64,000 nt of DNA. Origin: Synechococcus sp. (GTDB taxonomy: Bacteria; Cyanobacteriota; Cyanobacteriia; PCC-6307; Cyanobiaceae). A program made the position numbers and the translations under genes. The notes beneath the pieces were generated by a model. It worked only from the letters and a program-made list of their open reading frames with translations, made no database searches and was not told the origin of the DNA. The stretch is from the NCBI GenBank assembly GCA_047285805.1, contig JBJBCN010000002.1, positions 736,001-800,000 on the forward strand, read 5' to 3'. Of this stretch, positions 41,468 through 50,375 are shown in pieces; within the stretch, counting starts at the first letter, position 1, and each line of letters starts with the position of its first letter.

Positions 41468-42218
41468 GCCACTGAACTCCCCCACCCGATATACCGGAAG
41501 CAAGGGCTAACGGTAGGAGCGGCTGCAGAGACCAAGGGGTCCAGTCACTGATGGAACGTCTCGACTCCATCCGCTTTAGTTGTTGGTATTCCAGCTGCCT
41601 TATCTGCCAATCCGTGAGCTGTTCATGGGAATCAGCAGACGTGGACTGGAGCGATTGGGCGAAGACCGGTGACAGGAATAAACCAAGTTCGAAAGCAAGG
41701 CCGGAGACCAGTTGCTGTGTCATCCATCTACCTCTGTCGCGCCCCCTTCAATCTGCAAAAAGCCCAGACCCATGCTGGGTGTTCCGGAGCTGGCAGTCTT
41801 CGAAGAACCCTGGGAAGTCACGATGACTTCAGATCACAGGTCCCACATCGAAACATCCCGGACTCCGCTCAACGTCCGAGAACATAAGAAACCAACGAAC
41901 CGAAATCGTAGTGCCAAGGGGGCACACTGCACGAGACCAGCGATCCTCCCGAGAACGGATCGGCCGATCGCCAGTTGAATTGAAGAGGCACTAGCAATAA
42001 CAACGTCAACTCGATCTGAGCTGCGAGACAACACCGGTAGCGCGTCATCTGTGCGTGAAGTCCTTAGGTTTGCAGGCCATCATCAGTCTGCGATTCGCCA
42101 TGAACAATGGCCTGTTCATCGAACCAAGGCGCATGCCGTTTCGCCAACCCTCCAAGGATCTGCGCGCCGCAATCATTCGGCCCTGGAAGCGAAGGAGCCG
42201 ACCCTCTACCCATGGTCG

Positions 42219-42887
42219 TCAGGCCACAGCCTGGGCACGAATCTGAGTGATCAGCTTGGGGCCGATACCGCGAATCCCACGCAGTTCGACATCTGAAGCC
42301 GCTTGAACCATGGCCGGTGTACGAAGGCCCGCATTCCACAGAAGGGAGGCCTTTTTCAGGCCAATTCCCCGCAGTTTGGTCAGCTCAGCAATAAAGACGT
42401 CATCTGGAAACTGCTCACCCATCAGGCTGGGGGCGACCGCGCGAAAGCTGTCATGATCTACCAGGGCATAGATCTGCATGAGTTTCTGATCCACGTGCAG
42501 GAACTTGCTCTCAAAGATCTCGCGGAAGCGAATCAGAAACTTGAGCTTGCACTCACGCTGGACGCATGACTCTGCGGTCCAGGAGTCAATCTGATCTGGG
42601 CTGAGTTCAGTCAACGCCACAAAGCCATCCGATCGATAGGGAATCCAATCGCCGCATCCCTTGGCACCGCGCTGAATCGGTTGGAGCTCGGGCGAATGCT
42701 GTATTCGGACCTCACCGTCTAGTTTGAGATAGGTCAGGGGCGTCTGAAAATTGAGCAGGGCGCGATAACGCCAATAGGCGATGGTCTGAAAAGAAGCGAC
42801 CGTTGCGTCATTGGTAGGCAAAGGTTGGGCTTCGCGCCCCAGCCGGGGCGACGACGACAGAAGGGATCGGATCTGCTGCCAAACCAT
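42219..42887 (-). CDS. Helix-hairpin-helix domain protein
   Basis: Tandem HhH motifs LRGIGLKKA and IRGIGPKL. Confidence 0.75.
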   Translation of the reverse strand: MVWQQIRSLLSSSPRLGREAQPLPTNDATVASFQTIAYWRYRALLNFQTPLTYLKLDGEVRIQHSPELQPIQRGAKGCGDWIPYRSDGFVALTELSPDQIDSWTAESCVQRECKLKFLIRFREIFESKFLHVDQKLMQIYALVDHDSFRAVAPSLMGEQFPDDVFIAELTKLRGIGLKKASLLWNAGLRTPAMVQAASDVELRGIRGIGPKLITQIRAQAVA

Positions 42888-43229
42888 TGCAGGAAACTAG
42901 GAAGACTCTTGCTCCCGCGCTGTAGCGCAGGACAACAAGCGAACGAAAAACCGGTCTCTTCAGCCAAGAAAAACCGCTGGTGCTCGACGCCCAGGACTTC
43001 TCAAGACCCGCCCATTTTTGGGTGTGCCCGGTCCTCCGCATAAGCAAAAGGTGGAGAACAGCCTGAATCGATTCGGTGTGGCGATCCCAGACCTATGGAA
43101 TGGAAAGAGTGGCGCTGATGACTATTGTTCGAAGGTGAGGGGGAGACCCGCTCTTGCGTGGTTGCTTGAACGGGTGGGTGGGGTCACGCTCACTGCCTCT
43201 CTCACACCTCATTACTGCGAAGTCAGCCG

Positions 43230-43646
43230 TCAGCCGCCATCAACTTGGCAGCCCACCAAGACACCAGCCGCGGTTCCCAAAGGAACACCGATCCAGCGGC
43301 CATTGCCACGGGAGAGGGCCGCTCCAGCACCAGCACCCAAAAGGCCACCAATGACGGAGCCTTCAATGCAGCTGGTGTCGTCCACCTTTTTGGAGGACGT
43401 CGGTTCTTGGCTGGTGCCCTCGACTGCGGTCGGGGAGTCGCAAGGGATCTCCACCTTCTCGCTCCACTTCTTGACGTAACCTGGGGAATGCTTGGTTCCA
43501 GGGACGTACTCCTCCCGATATTCATCCTTGAAACACCGGCTGGTCTTGGAATAGCCAGGCTGCGAGAACTGCTGAGCCATGGCAGGGAAAACCTGGGCCG
43601 AGCTCAACGACAGAGTGAGCCCAACGACAACGGACAAGCGGTTCAT
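43230..43646 (-). CDS. Exported glycine-zipper 2TM domain protein
   Basis: Signal peptide, EYREEYVPGT, GSVIGGLLGAGAGAALS...GTAAGVLVGC. Confidence 0.8.
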   Translation of the reverse strand: MNRLSVVVGLTLSLSSAQVFPAMAQQFSQPGYSKTSRCFKDEYREEYVPGTKHSPGYVKKWSEKVEIPCDSPTAVEGTSQEPTSSKKVDDTSCIEGSVIGGLLGAGAGAALSRGNGRWIGVPLGTAAGVLVGCQVDGG

Positions 43647-43907
43647 GAGGCCTTAGGGCTGCAGCAACCGAATGATCCCGCGTGAACACGGGATGAATAG
43701 GGCATGATCCGGTTGGAGTTGCGACAGAGCATGACCCGATCAAAGGTCAACCAATCTGTGGCATGAAGCGACACCACTAAGAGTAGTTCCAGCCTTAGAC
43801 GTTCACTGGGCGACCCTCAATGGACCCAGCCTTGCTCACCTGCCTGGACCAGTTGGAACAGGAAAGGCACAAGCGTCTGCTGTTGCAACCCAGCAGCGGT
43901 AGCAGGA

Positions 43908-44006
43908 CACAAAAAGAGGCGGGTTCCACCCCGCCTCAGGTTCTCCCTTGAAACCCGTTCGAAGGTCTCGGATTGATAGTGGGGTCAGGCCTTAAGCGGT
44001 GACGTG
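43908..44006 (-). ncRNA. Candidate sRNA module, copy A, with intrinsic terminator
   Basis: CACGTCACCGCT, GAGACC/GGTTTC hairpin, AGGGAGA, terminator GAGGCGGG/CCCGCCTC-TTTTT; homologous to 46251-46348. Confidence 0.5.
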
Positions 44007-44590
44007 CCTTTGGTCACCCATTGAGCTTTTTGTGTGGGACTGAGGATTCGGCCTGAGGTTCTCAAAGCAGCCAGCCGTAAGCATCCGACCAGGGACCAGC
44101 CAAGAAAAAACCTCCGTGGGATGACTAGCCACAGAGGTATGCGCTCACAGCGACTGCATCAGCGCAGTACTTGTTTAAGAGATTCGAATCCAGTGTTGGG
44201 TGGGTGGAAACCGACCGCACCCGTATGTTTGAAGGGAGTTTCGAGTCGCCGCAGTGGAAGTGGTGGATGTATCAGCTCCGTAGGGACCGATTGCACTCGC
44301 TGATACAGCCCCCATAGAGACGCGCCTTAAGCCAAAAACCTCCGACTTCAAAACGAAGGCGTCGGAGGGGTAGTGGGCCGGCTCAGGGAAAAATCGGGGA
44401 GGGAGTTGGCTCCCCGGCAGATCGCTGGGACTCGCCAATCAGCGTTCCTCGGATCATTTATGGCAAAGCCAAATGGGGTAAAGCGAGTGCTTGTAAAGAG
44501 GCTCAACTGCGACTGCTCATCCGCATACTGGCATTTTGTGTCGAGATGAGCCATAACGAGTGAGTGCCGTGCAGTGCACAGGGAGAGAAA

Positions 44591-44619
44591 GGAGCCGGTT
44601 GGTGACCGGCTTTTTTCTT
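44591..44619. terminator. Intrinsic terminator-like hairpin
   Basis: AGCCGGT-TGGTG-ACCGGCT followed by T-run. Confidence 0.6.
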
Positions 44620-44670
44620 GCACGCCAAACAGCTCCCCCACCCACTGCTCAGTAGTGGGGAGTGCCTGGA

Positions 44671-44847
44671 CTATTTCGACGCTTCCGCTTCCTTGTCAGC
44701 ATCAATGGCTGACTGCCTGTTGCACTCGATCCGCTCAGCTTCTGAGGTTGCTTTCTCGAGGCAGGCTTTTCGCTCTGGCGTCAGTCCATTGCTGCTACAG
44801 GCTGCAATAAGCCCCGTAAGAAGCAGAAGGGACAGAAGAGCTTTGAC
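44671..44847 (-). pseudogene. Lipoprotein-like frame without canonical start codon
   Basis: VKALLSLLLLTGLIAACSSNGLTPERKACLEK...ECNR...; lipobox IAAC; no ATG/GTG/TTG after the upstream in-frame TAG. Confidence 0.5.
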
Positions 44848-45048
44848 GAGCTGCCAAACCAGAATCTTGAATCCTCGCAGGGAATCATAAATGCTCTAAC
44901 ACGACTATGAAATGCAAAAATCAATAAGCCATCAACCTTACAAAAGCATTTTCGCGAAACTGGCTTTGAATATTAAAAATAAATAGATCCGCTCACAAAC
45001 CTATTGGAGCCTGAGAAGATTAAACGGGCTGACGGGTCTGCTCATCCC

Positions 45049-45074
45049 AAGCTCGTCATATGACGGGCTTTTTT
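45049..45074 (+). terminator. Intrinsic terminator without an upstream ORF
   Basis: AAGCTCGTCATATGACGGGCTTTTTT hairpin plus T-run. Confidence 0.6.
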
Positions 45075-45183
45075 GCTGCAAGATTCCAACATAGACATGT
45101 TCAGATAATCATCAAAGCTGTCTCCAGGCTAAGTTATTGTGAGAATATTCTATTAACTCCAGAGTGTAAGGCCCAATTAAATC

Positions 45184-45360
45184 TTACTTGTCTTGATCCC
45201 TGTTATCAACAAGTTCAATAAGATGAGCATCTTTTTGGTTCAAGAACTCGCTAACGCATGTCCTGAGAAGCTGGCCAAGCGATATTGACTCCATATAACA
45301 ATAAAGCTTTAACTTCTTATGCAAGTCATCGCTAACTTCGAAAGTCACGCGTTTGGCCAT
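45184..45360 (-). CDS. Ribbon-helix-helix (CopG/ParG-like) protein
   Basis: MAKRVTFEVSDDLHKKLKLYCYMESISLGQLLRTCVSEFL. Confidence 0.7.
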   Translation of the reverse strand: MAKRVTFEVSDDLHKKLKLYCYMESISLGQLLRTCVSEFLNQKDAHLIELVDNRDQDK

Positions 45361-46250
45361 TACCACTCGCAGGCTTGACAAGACGCATCAGAAATTAACA
45401 TGGATTTACCGAAAACGATTACCGGTCCCGCCTGTTTGAGTATTTATGCTTAGCGCTGCGCGCTGGAGTTCCGTCAAGCGGCCTTGAGAGAATATTTCCA
45501 CGGCGCAGCATTGCAGCTTTGAGTCCTTTCACAATGCTGCAAAGCTGCGCCATGGAGATTAATTACTACAGAATTGGGAGCCAACAGCATCCTCTTCTAA
45601 TAAATAATATTCTGTTTAGCTTGGAGCCAAACGAGAAGCCGACCATATACAAACAAAGGAAGGCAAGTCTTAACTATAAGCCGTCAACAGTTAATCACAT
45701 TTATTGAAAGAGCTCGAATTGACCAGTGATTTCGAACCTCGCTTAAAGAACTTGATCCACAGGAGATCATCAACTATGCAGAGTCGCAGGGATTCAGCTT
45801 CTCGCCAGAGATCAGGGACCGTTTCATAAATAGGTGGGCTGAGGTCTACTTCTCTCCTTTTGCAATTGAGGTGGGAGAAATCTACCCAAGACTTGTGCCT
45901 CCTGGGTTTGACAACTTTATCCATTATGCCCAGTCAACATGCGGAACTAAGGACATGAAGCATGAAGAGCATGAATTTAGATTGGGGAGAAATATCCAGA
46001 AGGCACGTACTAGTTCAGATAAGTTGCCACCGATTTACTTACCAAGACGAAAACTCCCCGGCCCACTACTCAGCAGCGCGGAGTGTTGAGGAGGAGCAGA
46101 AGCAGAATGACCTCCTCTCTCCCTTTATCACCGGCTGTCGGGTCACGAAGTTCTGTCGGTCCGTTTCCTCAACTGCTCTGGCTCAGGTCGGTGCAGGAGT
46201 GCACGGGAGATTCATGCTGGCCCACGCAGGCGTCAGGCAGTTCAACGGAC

Positions 46251-46348
46251 GGACAAAAAAGGGGTGTTGGCGCTCCCTCCTTATCTCCCTCGATCTAGAC
46301 CCGAAAGTCTTGAGCAAATGATGCGGCAGCAGCTGTAGCGGTGACGTG
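46251..46348 (-). ncRNA. Candidate sRNA module, copy B
   Basis: CACGTCACCGCT, AGACT-TTCG-GGTCT hairpin, AGGGAGA, weaker terminator with T6. Confidence 0.45.
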
Positions 46349-46354
46349 ATGTTT

Positions 46355-46368
46355 GTAACAGATTATAC
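46355..46368. promoter_or_regulatory. Putative NtcA binding site
   Basis: GTA-ACAGATTA-TAC matches GTA-N8-TAC. Confidence 0.5.
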
Positions 46369-47044
46369 GTTTTATGGAGCTGAGTCCCGCGGCCAAGGAC
46401 AGCTGATCTACGGATCACCCTGCAGATGTTGGTGGCGCTTGCTGCAGAAGGGGTGTGAAGCTCAAACGTGCCTGTTCACCTCTTCTTAAGACTCCAACTC
46501 TGCAGAAGGGGTAATTAATGCGTTGCTTAAACTATTGGCGCCAAGCCTGAGAGGCCTTGAACCGGGTTCTCACCTTGGCATAAGTGAGGAGAAAAACTTA
46601 AAAGCATCTTATCTCTTGATACCAAAATGAAATAATACAGAAAGGGCTACTCAGCAAACTTTGAATCATGAGTAAAACTGGTCAGGCTTTGAATAGCAGG
46701 GCCCATCATTAACGTTATTTTAGCAGAAAACATAAGTAGAGAGACAACCGCAAAGCCCTTAACAAGCAAATCTCTAGAAGAAAGCTTTTTCATGCAAACA
46801 GCTCTAGGCCTAAAAGATTATACAACAATCTTCGCGCGAGTCATGTCAGCACTTAGCTTGAACAATGACAGGCCATTCGGGGCAATCCAAGGAAGAACCT
46901 GAAGCGTATTTGCATTTAATCGGTTTCTTGCTTCCGGCAAAGCAGGATTTCTCATTCTCGCCAGCCAGCTCAAGGAAAACCAGCAGGCCATATTTCAACC
47001 CTGAGCTGCTCCGAAACCATTCCCTGTACTTAAGGCTCAACCCT

Positions 47045-47614
47045 TCAGAAAGGGCGATCCATGCATTGCTGAAACTCATGGTGCCAAACCAGCCAGGTCT
47101 TTGAACCGGGTGTTTGCTTTGCCATAAGTGCCGTTTGTTGGCGGATCAGCTCTTCTGACTAGTTCAAATCGAGACTTGTCGTGGCATGGGGTGGAATATA
47201 CCAATCCGTTTTCACAAATAGTTCGATCGTATTGTCTTCGGGGTCTGGGATGTAAAGGGACCAACTACCACCATGGTTCATCGAGCACATGCCAGATATG
47301 TCGAGTTCATTCAGCACTTGAAACGCATCTATGAGACCACGGAGTGTCTGTATTTCAAATGAGATCTGGTTGACCGTCGAGACGCTCCCCTGCGCCCGAC
47401 CTGGAGCCAGGACGATTTGATGATGTTCCAGCAAGGAACGGGAGAGAAATACCATTTCCTGATCGCCATCCCCCAATCGGTCCGTCACGTAAAAGCCAAG
47501 AACATCGCAATAAAAGCGCTCCATCTCTGGCAGGCTTTTCACATACAGCCCAAGATGAGAAAAGCTCGGCTGGAGAGGCAGCAAGGCTGAATCCACGTCG
47601 GGAACTTTCAGCAA
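47045..47614 (-). pseudogene. VOC/glyoxalase family protein with probable premature stop
   Basis: FSHLGLYV, FYCDVLGF, HHQIVL, SLYIPDPEDNTIELF; TAG at 47159-47161, then 37 more sense codons in frame. Confidence 0.7.
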
Positions 47615-47754
47615 CGTTGCTCACAGCTTGGCACGATCTTCACGTTGTCACCGGCCACCTAGGCGCGTATCGGCAGCATGAGGCGAGGGGATCCTTAAGC
47701 CCCACCAATCCCATTGCCTTGGCAGCTACCAACAGAGTGAGCTTGCTGAATTGG

Positions 47755-47970
47755 ATGGAGAAAGACCTACCTCCAGTTTTCGAGACAGAGACTGGTTTTA
47801 CGGTTGAGATCGCTGGCGACGACTGGTTTCGCGTTTGCGATCCGGAACGAGTCTGCGTCGAAGTAAATGGGCTGCGCCGCGCCTATCAGGCGATCCAAGA
47901 GCGTGAATTGCAGTTGTTGCTGCTTCGAACCGGAGAGTGTGATGACAGGACTTCAGGATTGGGGCAATGA
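47755..47970 (+). CDS. Small hypothetical protein
   Basis: MEKDLPPVFETETGFTVEIAGDDWFRVCDPERVCVEVNG... Confidence 0.55.
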   Translation: MEKDLPPVFETETGFTVEIAGDDWFRVCDPERVCVEVNGLRRAYQAIQERELQLLLLRTGECDDRTSGLGQ

Positions 47971-48143
47971 CGGCGACTGGCAGGGCGATCCGGTTCATCG
48001 TGTTGATCGTGTTCATCGGGCTGTTTGTCGCAGTGACTCGAATTGAACCGCGCTCTACTCGATTGGCTCCATCTGCAAGCGGGGGACTCCCGGCGTCCGG
48101 GATGGGTAGCCCAAGACCTGGTATGAGAAGCCTTGGCTTTTGA
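47967..48143 (+). CDS. Small single-TM protein (58 aa)
   Basis: Read by hand: MTATGRAIRFIVLIVFIGLFVAVTRIE...; ATGA overlap with the upstream ORF. Confidence 0.4.
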   Translation: MTATGRAIRFIVLIVFIGLFVAVTRIEPRSTRLAPSASGGLPASGMGSPRPGMRSLGF

Positions 48144-48349
48144 GGGTCTTAAAGAAAGGAACACCGGGGGGGGGAGTGGCACTCGCCCTCAGTTCACTGC
48201 CCCAAATTTCCGCACTCCTATTTCGTACCCCCAAGGGCTCCAGAAGCCCCCACGGCCCACTTCTGCGTGAACCTCTACGGGTAAAACCAACGGCCCGTTT
48301 AAGAGCTTCTACAGCCCATTGAGATGGCGCTCAGTTGTAAGTCAATCGG

Positions 48350-48526
48350 ATTCAGCAGAACCCAAGAACGACTGCGCTGCATGGGGTGAACCGCTGTGCC
48401 GTTCCGCCCCAGATTCCGACCTGGATAAACCAGAAGGGGAGTCAAAGCGGAGATTCGTTTCCGGCTACGAGGCCGGTCTACGGCACTGTCGCGACAGACG
48501 CCCCAAGTCGAAAAGGGAGTCAGATC
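48350..48526 (-). ncRNA. ssrS: 6S RNA
   Basis: Directly downstream of purK, its known locus in picocyanobacteria; long rod-like self-complementarity (GTGCCGT/ACGGCAC, GGGG/CCCC, CGAC/GTCG); TACAGT -10-like box upstream; ends approximate. Confidence 0.8.
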
Positions 48527-48572
48527 AGAAAACTGTAAAAGGCAGTGACCAACACAGCAGTCCGCCGAAATC

Positions 48573-49796
48573 CTAGGACCAATAGGCCGCCGCCGTCTCC
48601 ACTGGCAGAGGCCAAATCGAACGAACCTCTTGCAGGCGCCCCATCGCCTCTTGCCGGCGCTCCTGCGCGTCGGTGGAACGCAGCAGGACGGTCAAATGCC
48701 CCAATTTCCGGCCCAGGGAGGCCCCCCGTTTGCCATACCAATGGAGATGGGCATCTGCCAGGGCCGCCAAAGCCTGACGCTGCTCCCCGTAGTCCGCTTC
48801 GGGATCATCCGCGGAGCGGTGCTCAAAACCCAACAGATTCACCATCAGAGCGCCGGGAACCACCAAGGAGGGCTCAACCGCAGCCTGACCACTCACGCAA
48901 AGGAGTTGCAGGTCGAACTGACTGCAGCTGCTGGCCTCAATCGAGTAGTGACCGGAATTGTGTGTCCGCGGGGCGAGCTCGTTGATCAGCAGACCCCGGC
49001 GCCCATAGAAGAACTCCAGGGACAACACACCGACGTAGTCCAGGGATGTCAAAAGGGATGCCGCTATGTTGCGTGCGGCCTGCTGCAGAGCATGACTGGC
49101 TTCCACCGGGGCCAGCACCCAATCACACACCTGCGCGTGTTGGTGGGTTTGAACCAACGGTAGGCAGACCACCTCGCCGAAGCGATCGCGAGCCGCCACC
49201 AACGCCAGCTCCTTTTCGAACTCGACGAACTCCTCCACGATCCAATTGGCCGGATCAACCCGTGCGATCAGCTCCACGAGGTCCTCTGGGCCACGCAACA
49301 CGACGGTGCCCTTGCCGTCGTAACCGCCCGTGGCCGCCTTGGCCATCAGGGGAAACTGGAACCCCTCGGGAATGTCGGGTAGGCCCGAGCTCGGCGGCGT
49401 GGCCTTGGAAGGCGTCGGAGAGGCTGCCGTCAGGGGAAACCAGCGGGGCGACAACAGATTCAACCGCTGCAGCAACTCCCTCTGGTTGCGCTTGCAGACC
49501 AGAGGTTGCAGGGCCATCAGGCTGGGGACGAACTGGACCCCTTCGGCCGCCAAGGGCGCCAAGCCCTCCAGATCAATCCACTCGTTCTCAAAGCTGATGG
49601 CGGAGCAGCGTGTCGCCAGCTCAGCCGTGCCCGCCACGTCGCGGACGGAGGCCTCCACCACTCCAGCAGCCAAGCCAACGGCCGGATCCTCACGGGACGG
49701 GGTCTGCACCTGCAGCGCGATCTGCCGGCGTTGGGCAGCTTCGGCAAGCATCCAGGCCAACTGACCGCCGCCGACGATGCCGATCGCAGGGCCCAT
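48573..49796 (-). CDS. purK: N5-carboxyaminoimidazole ribonucleotide synthase
   Basis: GGGQL, FENE, GYDGKG, NELAPRTHNSGH, RKLGH. Confidence 0.96.
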   Translation of the reverse strand: MGPAIGIVGGGQLAWMLAEAAQRRQIALQVQTPSREDPAVGLAAGVVEASVRDVAGTAELATRCSAISFENEWIDLEGLAPLAAEGVQFVPSLMALQPLVCKRNQRELLQRLNLLSPRWFPLTAASPTPSKATPPSSGLPDIPEGFQFPLMAKAATGGYDGKGTVVLRGPEDLVELIARVDPANWIVEEFVEFEKELALVAARDRFGEVVCLPLVQTHQHAQVCDWVLAPVEASHALQQAARNIAASLLTSLDYVGVLSLEFFYGRRGLLINELAPRTHNSGHYSIEASSCSQFDLQLLCVSGQAAVEPSLVVPGALMVNLLGFEHRSADDPEADYGEQRQALAALADAHLHWYGKRGASLGRKLGHLTVLLRSTDAQERRQEAMGRLQEVRSIWPLPVETAAAYWS

Positions 49797-50223
49797 GCGC
49801 TTTGAGCTCCAATCGTTCAATGTCGCATGCAGGGCCTAGCTGGGTCGAGGCTCCAGACAGGACGTTGCGAGACCACGCCCACCATGCCAATGCGGCCGGC
49901 AGCACCTGGTACAGCAGTGGGCCCGACCTCGAGTGCTCCGCATTGAACATCCAGGCCAAGACGAGACAAGCGGACCTTCCAAAGAGAGCAACCGACAGGC
50001 TGTAGGAGTACGAGAAGGCACCGCAACGGGCTCCCCCGGGGAAGAACGAGGCGTGCAGGTATGGGGTAATGCCGAAATAGATGAAGGTCGGCAACAGCAA
50101 CAAGCCTGCCCCAAAACAAATCCAGCGATGGAGCCGGAGCCGAGCAAGAGGAAACCGGACACCAGCGACACCATCGGAGCAAAAGGCATCCGGCAGGTGG
50201 CGCAACGGCACAACCTTCACCAA
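49690..50223 (-). CDS. Possible membrane protein or remnant
   Basis: Hydrophobic segments, but the frame overlaps the purK start by about 100 bp; boundaries doubtful. Confidence 0.3.
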   Translation of the reverse strand: MVKVVPLRHLPDAFCSDGVAGVRFPLARLRLHRWICFGAGLLLLPTFIYFGITPYLHASFFPGGARCGAFSYSYSLSVALFGRSACLVLAWMFNAEHSRSGPLLYQVLPAALAWWAWSRNVLSGASTQLGPACDIERLELKAHGPCDRHRRRRSVGLDACRSCPTPADRAAGADPVP

Positions 50224-50375
50224 GGTCTCTCAAGCATGGTTGTCCCAGGTCACGGCGACCTGCCGTACACCTGCCGCGCTCAGACGTTCCAGAACCGAGT
50301 ACACCGCAGCAACCATGACCAGCTCCGCACGCCCTCCAAGGATGCGTTCGATTGCTGTATTCGTCTGTGCGGGCC

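Larger units (their letters stand above)
40939..48349. other. Hypervariable genomic island
   Basis: Low coding density, AT-rich 44880-46850, small orphan ORFs and pseudogenes between core genes; no integrase or clear att found. Confidence 0.7.

Noticed and set aside
46420..46512. Possible CRISPR array
   Set aside because: Only two exact 13 bp repeats, too short, and no cas genes in the window.
40957..48194. GCCCTCAGT shared near both ends of the large island as an att pair
   Set aside because: Only 9 bp, not at the 6S 3' end, and can arise by chance.
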